A stretch of DNA of 57,010 bases from an archaeon (GCA_043797265.1 JAZDPV010000002.1:1-57010), one strand, 5' to 3'. Positions 10,579 through 19,640 are shown, counted from the first letter of the stretch. The notes: a model not told the origin generated them from the sequence alone. A program made the numbers and translations.

Positions 10579-10649
10579 TGATCCCGCCAAGAATCGAACT
10601 TGGACCTATACCAAGTCAAGGTATCGTTCTACCACTAGACTACGGGATC
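10579..10649 (-). tRNA. tRNA-Val (anticodon GAC)
   Basis: Acceptor GATCCCG/CGGGATC-A, anticodon arm ATACC-TTGACTT-GGTAT, GTTCGATTC T loop. Confidence 0.88.
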
Positions 10650-10756
10650 GCAGAGCCCGTAGGATTCATGATGCATCTTCGATGCAACTTTAGACTACGG
10701 GATCCTTCCCGTCGTCTCCATGAAACATCTCCGATGTTACTTTAGACTACGGGATC
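10636..10756. repeat. Three copies of the tRNA-Val 5' end (TAGACTACGGGATC on +) separated by hairpin cassettes
   Basis: 14-bp copies at 10636, 10691 and 10743; spacers contain TGCATC-TTC-GATGCA and AACATC-TCC-GATGTT. Confidence 0.9.
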
Positions 10757-10822
10757 TAATAAACATATAATTCAATCACTTTTAACTTTTCCGCTTCCAA
10801 ACATTTCATAACACCCAATCAG

Positions 10823-10859
10823 AATCCGTGTTAGTCCTGCGTTAGTCCGCGTGCTATTT
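10823..10859. repeat. Orphan copy of the GxxExxY-associated triple repeat
   Basis: AATCCGTG-TTAGTCCTGCG-TTAGTCCGCGTGCTATTT, nearly the same as 42857-42893. Confidence 0.85.
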
Positions 10860-10920
10860 CTCTTCTCTAAAACTAAAAGCTAATAACAAGTTTTAAAAAC
10901 CAAAATCCAAACTTAATACT

Positions 10921-11223
10921 ATGAAAATCCCAAAGACAACAAACAGATACTGCCCCTATTGTAAAAAGAAAACTCCACAAAAAATTAAAGAACCAAGCAA
11001 AGGAAAAGCAAGTTCAATGAAACGCGGAAGCAAAATTAGAATGAAACTCCGAGGACTCTGGCGAGGCATAGGCAACCAGGGAAAATATTCCCGTATGAAA
11101 AACCAAGCAAAACAAAAAAGAAAAACAACTAAGAAAACAAACCTCATGTACACCTGCTCCGTATGCGGAAAATCTAAATATCAAAAGAAAGGCAAACGAA
11201 CCTCAAAAGTTATAATTGAATAA
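10921..11223 (+). CDS. rpl44e: 50S ribosomal protein L44e (eL42)
   Basis: MKIPKTTNRYCPYCKK...CSVCGK Zn ribbon. Confidence 0.95.
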   Translation: MKIPKTTNRYCPYCKKKTPQKIKEPSKGKASSMKRGSKIRMKLRGLWRGIGNQGKYSRMKNQAKQKRKTTKKTNLMYTCSVCGKSKYQKKGKRTSKVIIE

Positions 11224-11852
11224 TGGCAGAAAGAAAAAAATACATCGAAGTTCAAATCCCAATTCTAAATTCCGCGACAAATGTTTTAGGAACCCCGGAA
11301 AATCTAAACAACAAAACAATAAAAATCGACCTGACACGACAACTCCGGGGCAAAGGACTAACAATCAAACTCAAAATAATAAACCAAAAAGGGACACTCA
11401 TCGCCATCCCAAATAGCATGGAACTCTCGATATCCTACATAAGAAGAATCATGCGAAAAAGAATAAGCTACGTCGAAGACTCCTTCAAGACAAAATGCGC
11501 CGACGTCCAAGTCACAATAAAACCATTCCTAATCACGCGAAAAAAAGTCTCAAGGGTAGTTCAAAAAAATCTAAGGAACACCACAAAAGAATTCCTGATA
11601 GAATATGTAAAAGAAAAAGACTACAACCAAATCTGCCACGAAATCCTCGACAGCACACTTCAAAAAACCATGCTCCCAAAACTAAAAAAAATATATCCCC
11701 TCTCCTTTTGCGAAATCAGAAAATTCGAAACAAAAGAACTGGGAAAAATAAACATAGAAAAAGCGTCCAAAATAATCGCCGACCAAGAAAACCAAATTGA
11801 AGAAACACTAAAAGAAGAAACCATCGAAAACAAAGAACCAGAAAAAGAATGA
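11223..11852 (+). CDS. rps3ae: 30S ribosomal protein S3Ae (eS1), short form
   Basis: SYIRRIMRKRISYVEDSF and LKKIYPL motifs; follows rpl44e. Confidence 0.85.
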   Translation: MAERKKYIEVQIPILNSATNVLGTPENLNNKTIKIDLTRQLRGKGLTIKLKIINQKGTLIAIPNSMELSISYIRRIMRKRISYVEDSFKTKCADVQVTIKPFLITRKKVSRVVQKNLRNTTKEFLIEYVKEKDYNQICHEILDSTLQKTMLPKLKKIYPLSFCEIRKFETKELGKINIEKASKIIADQENQIEETLKEETIENKEPEKE

Positions 11853-12568
11853 AAAAAATATTTTTAGGGGCACCAGGCTCGGGCAAAGGAACCGCCGCTT
11901 CAAAAATCGCGCCAAAACGCAACGTCCCGCACATTTCAACAGGCGACCTATTCAGGGAAAATATAAACAAAAAAACGCCCATCGGAGCAAAAGCAAAAGA
12001 ATACATAGAAAAAGGAGAACTTGCCCCGGACGAAATAGTAATTGAAATGTTAAAAAAAAGAATACAACAAGAAGATTGCCAAAACGGATTTATCCTCGAC
12101 GGATTCCCGCGAACAATTTCACAAGCAGAAAAATTATCAAAACTAACTAACATCGACCTCGTAATAAACATAAGCGTCCCAAAAGAAATAATCATCCAAA
12201 GATTATCCTCAAGAATCACCTGCAAAGAATGCGGAAAAATCTTTAACGCAATCTACCATAAACCAAAAAACGAAAGCAAATGCGATCAATGCCATGGGGA
12301 AATAATCAGAAGACCCGACGACAAACCAGAAATTATCCAAAACAGATTAAAAATCTACGAAGAACAAACCGCCCCACTCATCGAATTTTACAAAAGCAAA
12401 GGAATCCTGCAAAATATTTTATGCGACGACATCAACAAGCCAGCAGACGAAACAGCGCAATTAATTATAAACTCTATAAAAGAATTCTCAAACAAAATAA
12501 GTCAAATTATTCTACCTTCAAACCTTTCTTCTTTGGCCTCTTCTTCCTGCTCCTCGAAGTCCCACTAA
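11849..12568 (+). CDS. adk: Adenylate kinase (bacterial type, Zn lid)
   Basis: GAPGSGKGT P-loop, HISTGDLFR, GFILDGFPRT, CKEC...CDQC lid; last ~20 aa probably read-through. Confidence 0.95.
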   Translation: MKKIFLGAPGSGKGTAASKIAPKRNVPHISTGDLFRENINKKTPIGAKAKEYIEKGELAPDEIVIEMLKKRIQQEDCQNGFILDGFPRTISQAEKLSKLTNIDLVINISVPKEIIIQRLSSRITCKECGKIFNAIYHKPKNESKCDQCHGEIIRRPDDKPEIIQNRLKIYEEQTAPLIEFYKSKGILQNILCDDINKPADETAQLIINSIKEFSNKISQIILPSNLSSLASSSCSSKSH

Positions 12569-12653
12569 TTAACTCCCTCAATTTTTTCTTCCTCCGCGCA
12601 ACTCTCCAAGAACGATTCCTATCAAGTCGCTTCGGCTTATTTTTCCCCGGCAT
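12507..12653 (-). CDS. 48-aa Arg/Lys-rich protein (not in ORF track)
   Basis: MPGKNKPKRLDRNRSWRVARRKKKLRELISGTSRSRKKRPKKKGLKVE; TATA-like TTTAAAA about 25 nt upstream. Confidence 0.6.
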   Translation of the reverse strand: MPGKNKPKRLDRNRSWRVARRKKKLRELISGTSRSRKKRPKKKGLKVE

Positions 12654-12700
12654 AATAACTAATCAAAAAATCACATTTTAAATCTTTTGTTTGACTCACA

Positions 12701-12772
12701 AGCCTGCGAAGGGAGTCAAACCCTCGACCCTCTGTTTACAAGACAGATGCTCTATCACTGAGCTACGCAGGC
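12701..12772 (-). tRNA. tRNA-Thr (anticodon TGT)
   Basis: Acceptor GCCTGCG/CGCAGGC-T, anticodon arm TCTGT-CTTGTAA-ACAGA; non-canonical D-loop GA and T-loop TTTGA. Confidence 0.9.
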
Positions 12773-12811
12773 ACAATATACCATCAAGAAACCTTGTTTT
12801 AAACTTTTTGG

Positions 12812-12926
12812 ACTCACAATTAATTTTAATTTTCGGTAGGGAATTTCGCAGCGTAAAAATTTCTGCAGTGTATTCAAATACATAAAGAAATTTTTACCAA
12901 GAAATTACCAGCGAAAATTAAAATTA
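12812..12926. mobile_element. MITE-like ~110-bp palindromic element, copy 1
   Basis: 15-bp terminal inverted repeats TAATTTTAATTTTCG/CGAAAATTAAAATTA, internal stem; near-identical copy at 39677-39793. Confidence 0.75.
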
Positions 12927-13481
12927 ATCCTCATCAATGACTTCAACCCGCTTATCCTTTTCAAGAATATCCACAATTTCAAATTCTAAATTTGCAACCT
13001 CTCCCTTCCCAAACGGCCCAACATCCCTCCCGCTAATCCCTAAAAACTCCGGCACATCCTCGAGAAATCTAACCAACCGATGTTTCCTCTCATCCCTCGC
13101 CGAACCAAACATATCAACCGCCTGATTTTTTTCCGCCCTCTCCAGCGCCTTCACCAACTCCTCAAACAAATCCTTCTCGAACCCCAGCAAATTCTCAAAA
13201 TCCTTCTTCGAAATCCCAACCTGCGACGCCACAAACGCCAAATTTAAAATCTTCTTTTTCCGAATCCTCAGCAAATCCCTAAAACTCGAAACCGCATTAT
13301 CCAACTTCTTCTTGTTTTTAATCGCAACATCCGAAAACAAATCGTCCTCCTTCCCAAGAAACTCCTTCTTCTCCCGAAAATACTCCGACACCTCAATCAA
13401 AAACCTCTTCGGCAAAACCTGCAAATTCTCGCTATACTTCTCTTTCCTCATCGCTTCATAAATATCGCTAAACGTCAACAT
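12924..13481 (-). CDS. DNA replication GINS complex subunit (GINS15/51-like)
   Basis: Helical A domain (RKEK...LQVLPKRF...RKKKI...L.FEK.LF) plus C-terminal B domain (VRFLEDVPEFLG...GPF..GEVA). Confidence 0.85.
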   Translation of the reverse strand: MLTFSDIYEAMRKEKYSENLQVLPKRFLIEVSEYFREKKEFLGKEDDLFSDVAIKNKKKLDNAVSSFRDLLRIRKKKILNLAFVASQVGISKKDFENLLGFEKDLFEELVKALERAEKNQAVDMFGSARDERKHRLVRFLEDVPEFLGISGRDVGPFGKGEVANLEFEIVDILEKDKRVEVIDED

Positions 13482-13556
13482 CCCAACAAAAAATCTACCC
13501 CATTTAAAAGAATTGTTATACTAAACAAATTTAAACCAAAACCGCCTCGAAAAACC

Positions 13557-14606
13557 ATGTTCGACTCACTGAAATCAAAACTAAAAAACTGGCTAAACAA
13601 AAATAAAGATGCCCCAGATACCAGGGGATACGCCGAGCGGCGACCCATAGCCGAAACCCCAAAAAAAGAAAAGAAAAAAATCAAGACCAAAAAACCAAAA
13701 AACGAATTAGAATTATCTTTAAAAAAAACAATTGAAACACCAATTGAAAAAGAGAGCTTCTTCTCCAAATTCAAAAAACGACTGACTGAAGAAAAATTCG
13801 AAGAACTCTTCCAAGAACTCGAAATGATTCTCCTGCAAAACAACGTCGCATACGAGGCTGTCCAATCAATAAAAAACTCCCTCGCTGAAAAACTAATCGG
13901 CAAAATCCTAAACGAAGTCGACCTCTCAAAAGAACTCAAAGAATCAATCGAATCAATTCTAATCAACCCGCCAGACTTCCTAAAAGAAATCAAGAACTCG
14001 TTAGAAATAAAAAAACCATTCGTAATCCTCTTCGCCGGAATCAATGGCTCCGGCAAAACAACGACAATCGCGAAAGTCGCAAACTATCTCCAAAAAAATA
14101 AACTAACTGTCTGCCTCGCCGCTGCCGACACTTTCCGAGCCGCCGCAATCCAGCAACTCGAAGAACACGCAACCAAACTAAAAGTTCCATTAACAAAAAA
14201 AGATTATGGCTCAGACCCAGCATCCGTCGGATTCGAAGCAATCGCACGCGCAAAAAAAAATAAAATCGACGTCGTCCTAATCGACACCGCCGGCCGAATG
14301 CAAAACCGCGACTCGCTAATGAAAGAAATAGAAAAAATCTCACGAATCACAAAGCCAAACATGACAATCTTCATCGGCGAATCAATAACCGGCAACGACG
14401 CAACCGAACAAGCCAAAACATTCAACGACGCAATCAACATAACCGGAATAATCCTATCTAAAGCCGACGTCGACGAAAAAGGCGGCACCGCAATCTCCGT
14501 CTCCCACATCACAAAAAAACCAATCCTATTCCTCGGAACCGGCCAATCCTACAACGATTTAGAAATTTTCGACAAAAAAAAGATTATTGAAAAACTAGAA
14601 CTATGA
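13557..14606 (+). CDS. ftsY: Signal recognition particle receptor FtsY
   Basis: GINGSGKTTT, DTFRAAA, DTAGR, KADVDEKGG, GTGQSYNDL. Confidence 0.96.
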   Translation: MFDSLKSKLKNWLNKNKDAPDTRGYAERRPIAETPKKEKKKIKTKKPKNELELSLKKTIETPIEKESFFSKFKKRLTEEKFEELFQELEMILLQNNVAYEAVQSIKNSLAEKLIGKILNEVDLSKELKESIESILINPPDFLKEIKNSLEIKKPFVILFAGINGSGKTTTIAKVANYLQKNKLTVCLAAADTFRAAAIQQLEEHATKLKVPLTKKDYGSDPASVGFEAIARAKKNKIDVVLIDTAGRMQNRDSLMKEIEKISRITKPNMTIFIGESITGNDATEQAKTFNDAINITGIILSKADVDEKGGTAISVSHITKKPILFLGTGQSYNDLEIFDKKKIIEKLEL

Positions 14607-15202
14607 AATTAAACATCCCTTTTCGCAAATCAGAAATAGACACAGAATGCGCCCAAAGATGTCTCCAAATGGTTCTTGAATATTTCGAACAAAAACATTC
14701 AATCAAAGAACTCTCAAAACTAACCAAACAACTCCCATCTGGAATGACATGGACAGCAGGAATAGCAAGAGCTTCAAAAATTCTCGGGTTCGAAACAAAA
14801 ATAATTTCCAAAACAAATTTTTCCCACGACGAAAACGAAATAAAATATTACAAAGAACACGCAAAAGAAATGAAAACACTTTACAATTTAATCAAAAAAA
14901 ATAAAAAACTAAAAATCTCGACAGAAGAAGAAAATCTCTCAATCAATCAACTAATAAAACTCCTAACAAAAAATTCAATCCCGATAATTCTTATTAATTG
15001 GAATACATTAATCCAAAAAGAAAATTATCAAGGACATTTTGTAGTTCTTTCAGGATATGACAATAAAAATATATATATTCACAACCCTGGCATAGCAAAA
15101 GCCCAGCCATTTATGAAAATCAAAAAAGAATTATTCAAAAAAGCATGGGAATCAAAAGGCACCGACAAAGACATTGTATTAATTTCAAAACCCAAAATTT
15201 AA
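14603..15202 (+). CDS. Peptidase C39-like protein
   Basis: ECAQRCLQMVL catalytic Cys region, GHFVVLSGYD, HNP. Confidence 0.8.
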   Translation: MKLNIPFRKSEIDTECAQRCLQMVLEYFEQKHSIKELSKLTKQLPSGMTWTAGIARASKILGFETKIISKTNFSHDENEIKYYKEHAKEMKTLYNLIKKNKKLKISTEEENLSINQLIKLLTKNSIPIILINWNTLIQKENYQGHFVVLSGYDNKNIYIHNPGIAKAQPFMKIKKELFKKAWESKGTDKDIVLISKPKI

Positions 15203-15227
15203 TAACTCCAATTAAACCCCTATTTCT

Positions 15228-16586
15228 ATGGTACTAGACAAACTCGGCTCAGCGATAAAAGGCGGAATAAACAAAATATCAAACGCGATATTCGTCGACA
15301 AGAAACTCATAGATGGAATCGTCAAAGAAATCCAAAAAGCCCTAATCGAAGCCGACGTCAACGTCGAACTAGTTTTACAACTATCTCAAAAAATAAAAAA
15401 ACTCGCTTACGACGAAAACATAAAAAACATCGACAAAAAAGAACAACTAATAAAACTAATCCACGACGAAATTCTAAATCTATTAGGCGAAAAATCCGAA
15501 CTCAAACTCCAAAAACAAACCTCAATAATATTCCTCGGACTTTACGGCGCCGGAAAAACAACGACAATCGCGAAAGTTGGATTCTATTATGCAAAACGAG
15601 GACGAAAAGTTGCTTTACTTGGATTAGACACTCAGCGACCAGCCGCGATGGACCAGCTCGAACAAATGGCAAAAAAAGCCAAACTCTCAGTCTTCGTCGA
15701 CAAAAAAGAAAAAGACCCAATCAAAATAATTAACAATTTCGAAAAAGACCTCAAAAAATACGACCTCATCTTAATCGACACCGCCGGCCGCGACGGACTG
15801 AACAAAGAATTAACAAAAGAAATCGAGAAACTAAACAAGAAACTAAAACCAACCTACCGAATTTTAGTAATGCCCGCCGACATCGGGCAAGCCGCGAAAA
15901 CTCAAACTCAAGAATTCCAAAAAGCACTTTCCATCGACGGTGTAATAATCACGCGAATGGACGGAACTTCAAAAGCCGGAGGAGCCCTGACCGCTTGCGC
16001 CGAAACCAAAGCCCCAGTTTTCTTCATCGGAGTCGGCGAACAAATCCACGAAATCGAAACCTTCGACCCAGAATCTTTCATCTCAAGAATACTCGGGATG
16101 GGCGACCTCCAAGGCCTACTCGAACACGTCAAATCCGCGACATCCGAAAAACAAATAAAAAAAGCCGAAGCCAGATTAAAAGAAGGCAAATTCACTCTCC
16201 GCGATTTGCAAACTCAATTAGAACAAATGAACAAAATGGGAAGTATGGACAAACTAATCGGCATGATTCCTGGAATGTCGTCAGCAAAACTCCCAAAAGA
16301 CGTCCTCGCAAAACAAGAACAAAAAATGTCCCACTGGAAAAACGCAATCTCCTCAATGACCGAACTCGAAATTGAAACCCCCGAAATCCTCGAAAAACAA
16401 ACCTCCCGAATCCAGCGAATCGCAAAAGGTTCCGGCACAACCACAACCGAAATCCGCGAACTCCTAAAACAATACAAACTCCTCAAAGAAATGATGAGCA
16501 TGCAATCCGGACTCACCGACGGCAAAATCGACCAAAAGATGATGCAGAAAATGGCGAAAAAATTTAAAGGGAAAATTAAATTATGA
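15228..16586 (+). CDS. srp54: Signal recognition particle 54 kDa protein
   Basis: ALIEADVN, GLYGAGKTTT, DTAGR, RILGMGD, M domain SRIQRIAKGSGT. Confidence 0.97.
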   Translation: MVLDKLGSAIKGGINKISNAIFVDKKLIDGIVKEIQKALIEADVNVELVLQLSQKIKKLAYDENIKNIDKKEQLIKLIHDEILNLLGEKSELKLQKQTSIIFLGLYGAGKTTTIAKVGFYYAKRGRKVALLGLDTQRPAAMDQLEQMAKKAKLSVFVDKKEKDPIKIINNFEKDLKKYDLILIDTAGRDGLNKELTKEIEKLNKKLKPTYRILVMPADIGQAAKTQTQEFQKALSIDGVIITRMDGTSKAGGALTACAETKAPVFFIGVGEQIHEIETFDPESFISRILGMGDLQGLLEHVKSATSEKQIKKAEARLKEGKFTLRDLQTQLEQMNKMGSMDKLIGMIPGMSSAKLPKDVLAKQEQKMSHWKNAISSMTELEIETPEILEKQTSRIQRIAKGSGTTTTEIRELLKQYKLLKEMMSMQSGLTDGKIDQKMMQKMAKKFKGKIKL

Positions 16587-16886
16587 TTTTGTCCTGTACC
16601 CCGTTCCATATACCTCACAATAATATTCATCACAAGAATAAGCGCAATGTTCCTTTCGTAAAATTTTAAATCTTACTCCAAAAACACAAGAACATCCTTC
16701 CCTATCTGCCTTTCCTTTTAATAGTTCTATAGCCTTTCTAAACGCAGATTCTTTTCCACCATGATACTCCCCATTCCCTCGACACAAAAGCATTTCCCCC
16801 ATTTCTAACCCGGGAAACAACTCCAATCCACCCGCACCCCTAAAAGATTGATTAGTAACCAAAACCTGCTCCTTCCCTTTTGCCAT
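16581..16886 (-). CDS. Small protein, possibly YbjQ/UPF0145-like
   Basis: KAIELLKGKADREGCSCVFGVRF...VYGTG resembles the YbjQ core pattern. Confidence 0.55.
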   Translation of the reverse strand: MAKGKEQVLVTNQSFRGAGGLELFPGLEMGEMLLCRGNGEYHGGKESAFRKAIELLKGKADREGCSCVFGVRFKILRKEHCAYSCDEYYCEVYGTGYRTKS

Positions 16887-16939
16887 ACATAATTTACAAT
16901 CCTAATACTTATAAAAACAACTATACTCCAAAATATATA

Positions 16940-17581
16940 ATGAAACCACAATTAATATCCCAAGGCGCCGAAGCAAAAATATACCTAATTGAAAATCCGC
17001 GCTCATCCTGCGAGAATCCGCGTGCTAAATTATCGTCCAACAAACACACCCTCAAATCCAGAACCCCAAAATCCTACCGCCACCCGCAACTCGACAACCA
17101 AATCCGAACACGCCGAACAAAATCCGAAGCAAAAATCCTAACCAAAGCATTCTCCATCGGAGCCAACGTCCCAAAAGTTATAACTCAAAACAAATTCGAC
17201 CTCGAAATACAATTCATCGACGGAGACCGCCTCTCCGAAACCCTAAACTCTTATCCCGAAAAAAAACAATTCCAAATCATGCAGCAACTCGGAACCCAAG
17301 TCGCCCTCCTCCACGCAAACAACATAATCCACGGCGACCTCACAACTTCAAACACAATCCTCTCAAGTAACCAAGTTTACCTAATCGACTTCGGTTTAAG
17401 CTTCATCTCAACAAAAACCGAAAACAAGGCCGTCGACATCCACCTGCTCAAACAAGCCCTCGAAGCAAAACATTTCCAAAACCACGAATCTCTTTTTAAA
17501 AATTTCCTAAAAACCTACCGCAACAAAGAAATCATCGAACACCTAAAAACCGTCGAAAAACGCGGCCGCTACAAACATTAA
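16940..17581 (+). CDS. bud32: KEOPS complex kinase Bud32
   Basis: QGAEAKI, KSYRHPQLD, HGDLTTSN, IDFGL, KRGRY; start moved to ATG 16940, which has a TATA box at about 16908-16917. Confidence 0.93.
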   Translation: MKPQLISQGAEAKIYLIENPRSSCENPRAKLSSNKHTLKSRTPKSYRHPQLDNQIRTRRTKSEAKILTKAFSIGANVPKVITQNKFDLEIQFIDGDRLSETLNSYPEKKQFQIMQQLGTQVALLHANNIIHGDLTTSNTILSSNQVYLIDFGLSFISTKTENKAVDIHLLKQALEAKHFQNHESLFKNFLKTYRNKEIIEHLKTVEKRGRYKH

Positions 17582-17658
17582 CCTTTAATTAATCTTCGAT
17601 TAATTTATGCTCTTCTTATAGAAGAGCTTAAAAATTCCCAAACTCTATCTAAGCTACT

Positions 17659-17731
17659 AGCCTCGTAGTCTAGTGGTCAAGGATGCAGGGTTTTGGTCCC
17701 TGTGACCCAGGTTCGAATCCTGGCGAGGCTA
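17659..17731 (+). tRNA. tRNA-Gln (anticodon TTG)
   Basis: Acceptor AGCCTCG/CGAGGCT-A, anticodon arm CAGGG-TTTTGGT-CCCTG, GGTTCGAATCC. Confidence 0.93.
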
Positions 17732-17863
17732 TATGTTATTGAGCAAAGCGAAATAATATTATTCTATCCAGGATGAGAACCGATGGTTCGACGAGCAATT
17801 CGCTTTTACGAATTATTTCACTATCTTGAGTAAATGCAAATTGCGAGCACTGGCGAGGCTATA
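17720..17863. repeat. tRNA-Gln 3' end duplication (CTGGCGAGGCTATA) enclosing a hairpin cassette
   Basis: 14-bp direct repeat at 17720 and 17850; cassette shared with the tRNA-Leu locus. Confidence 0.88.
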
Positions 17864-17899
17864 CCTTAACTTTAAAAACCACTATTTATACAAACTATC

Positions 17900-18253
17900 A
17901 TGGAACAACTAACAAAACCCGCCTGGGTAAAAATGCAAGAACCCGAACTAAAAAAAATAATCTTAGAACTCTCAGAAAAAAACTCACCCTCCCAAATCGG
18001 CTTCATCCTCCGCGACCAATACGGAATACCGACGACAAAAATCTTCGGCAAAAAACTAAAAACCTATCTGGAAGAATTAAACATCAATAGAAACGAAGAC
18101 CTCGAAAACGCCGAAAAAAAAGTCGACACGCTAAAACAACATGTGGGAAAAAACCTCACAGACAAAAAAGCAAAACACAAACTTCAACACGCACAGTCCC
18201 GACTTAATATCACAAAAAAATATTTCAAAATTTCAACAAGAGACAAAAAATAA
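17900..18253 (+). CDS. rps15: 30S ribosomal protein S15 (uS15/S13e), short form
   Basis: KPAWV..., SPSQIGFILRDQYGIP. Confidence 0.92.
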   Translation: MEQLTKPAWVKMQEPELKKIILELSEKNSPSQIGFILRDQYGIPTTKIFGKKLKTYLEELNINRNEDLENAEKKVDTLKQHVGKNLTDKKAKHKLQHAQSRLNITKKYFKISTRDKK

Positions 18254-18290
18254 TCCAAATCTTTTTAAGCAGACACAAACTGATTATCTA

Positions 18291-19640
18291 ATGTTAAAAG
18301 AGGTCAAAAAATTTACAGAAGAATTTCTAAAACTATCAGAAAACAAACCAATCAGAATCATAAGCCACTACGACACCGACGGCATCACGTCCGCCGCAAT
18401 TCTCATAAAAACCCTCAAGCGCCTCGACAAAAAATTCACAATAAAAATAGTCAAAGGCCTCGAAGAAGAAACCATCAAGCAAGAACTTGCAAAACAGCCA
18501 GGGGAACTAATAATTTTCTCCGACCTCGCCTCCAGCAACCTTGACCATTTCCAAAACCTCAAAGAACCAATTTTTATAATCGACCACCACGAAATCAACG
18601 AAAAAAAACTAAACAACAAAATAAAAATCATAAATCCGCACCTCACAGAAAACCAGAAAGACAACGAATGCACCGGCGCCGGGCTATGTTACCTCTTCTC
18701 AAAAACTATTTCCCCAAACAATCAAGACCTTTCCAAACTCGCAATAATCGGGATGATAGGCGACCGCCACGAATCAAACCTTTCAAAAATAAACCAGCAA
18801 ATAATAAACGACACCCACGACCTAACCATCAAAAAAGGAATTGTTTTATACCCGGCAACAAGACCGCTACGACGAGCATTAGAATGGTCCACCTCTCCAT
18901 ACATCCCGGGAGTAACTGGCAACGGACCGGGCGCCATAGAACTACTGAGAGAAACCGGAATCTCGTACGAAAAAAGTCTCCTCGAACTCAGCGACAACGA
19001 AATGTCAAAACTAATAACAGCAGTAATGGTCCGACGAGCCCGCCACAACAAAATCAACGACATCCTCGGCAACCTCTACATCCTGAAATTCTTCAACACA
19101 AAAGAGGACGTCCGGGAAATATCCGTCCTAATCAACGCCTGCTCCCGGCTCGGATACAGCGACATCGCAATTTCATACTGCCTCGAAAACGAAAAGGCAA
19201 AATCCCGCGCGCTGGACATCTACACTGAATACAAACAAGAACTCGTCTCTGGATTAAGAGTCGCAGAAAAAATGGAAAAAATAAAAGGCAAAGGCTTCGT
19301 AATTCTAAACGCAAAAGACCAAATCAAAGACGCTATCGTCGGGACAATCTGTTCAATGCTATCTTCCTCCCCAGCATACACCGAAGGAACAATCCTCATC
19401 GGAATGGCATACAACGAAGATAAAATAAAAGTTTCTGCAAGAATAGTCGGGCGCGAAGGCCGAAATCTAAAAGAAGTCCTAGAAAAAACATTAGCAATAT
19501 TCAAAAATAAACATCCAAAATCAATCACAGAAGTCGGCGGCCATCACTTCGCCGCGGGCTGCCTAATCGAAAAAGACAAAGAAGATTACTTCATCGAAAC
19601 ACTAAAAAAAGAACTCGAAATCGAAATAGTAAAAATCTAA
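18291..19640 (+). CDS. RecJ/GAN-like DHH phosphoesterase
   Basis: HYDTDG, DHH, GD, SAR, GGHHFAAG; follows rps15, a common archaeal arrangement; start moved to ATG 18291. Confidence 0.9.
   Translation: MLKEVKKFTEEFLKLSENKPIRIISHYDTDGITSAAILIKTLKRLDKKFTIKIVKGLEEETIKQELAKQPGELIIFSDLASSNLDHFQNLKEPIFIIDHHEINEKKLNNKIKIINPHLTENQKDNECTGAGLCYLFSKTISPNNQDLSKLAIIGMIGDRHESNLSKINQQIINDTHDLTIKKGIVLYPATRPLRRALEWSTSPYIPGVTGNGPGAIELLRETGISYEKSLLELSDNEMSKLITAVMVRRARHNKINDILGNLYILKFFNTKEDVREISVLINACSRLGYSDIAISYCLENEKAKSRALDIYTEYKQELVSGLRVAEKMEKIKGKGFVILNAKDQIKDAIVGTICSMLSSSPAYTEGTILIGMAYNEDKIKVSARIVGREGRNLKEVLEKTLAIFKNKHPKSITEVGGHHFAAGCLIEKDKEDYFIETLKKELEIEIVKI

Noticed and set aside
10636-10756. Possible CRISPR array
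   Set aside because: The repeat is only 14 bp and equals the tRNA-Val end, the spacers resemble each other, and no cas genes are seen.
17720-17863. attL/attR of an integrated virus at tRNA-Gln
   Set aside because: Only 116 bp lie between the repeats and there is no integrase or viral gene; kept as a short cassette, although a remnant cannot be excluded.
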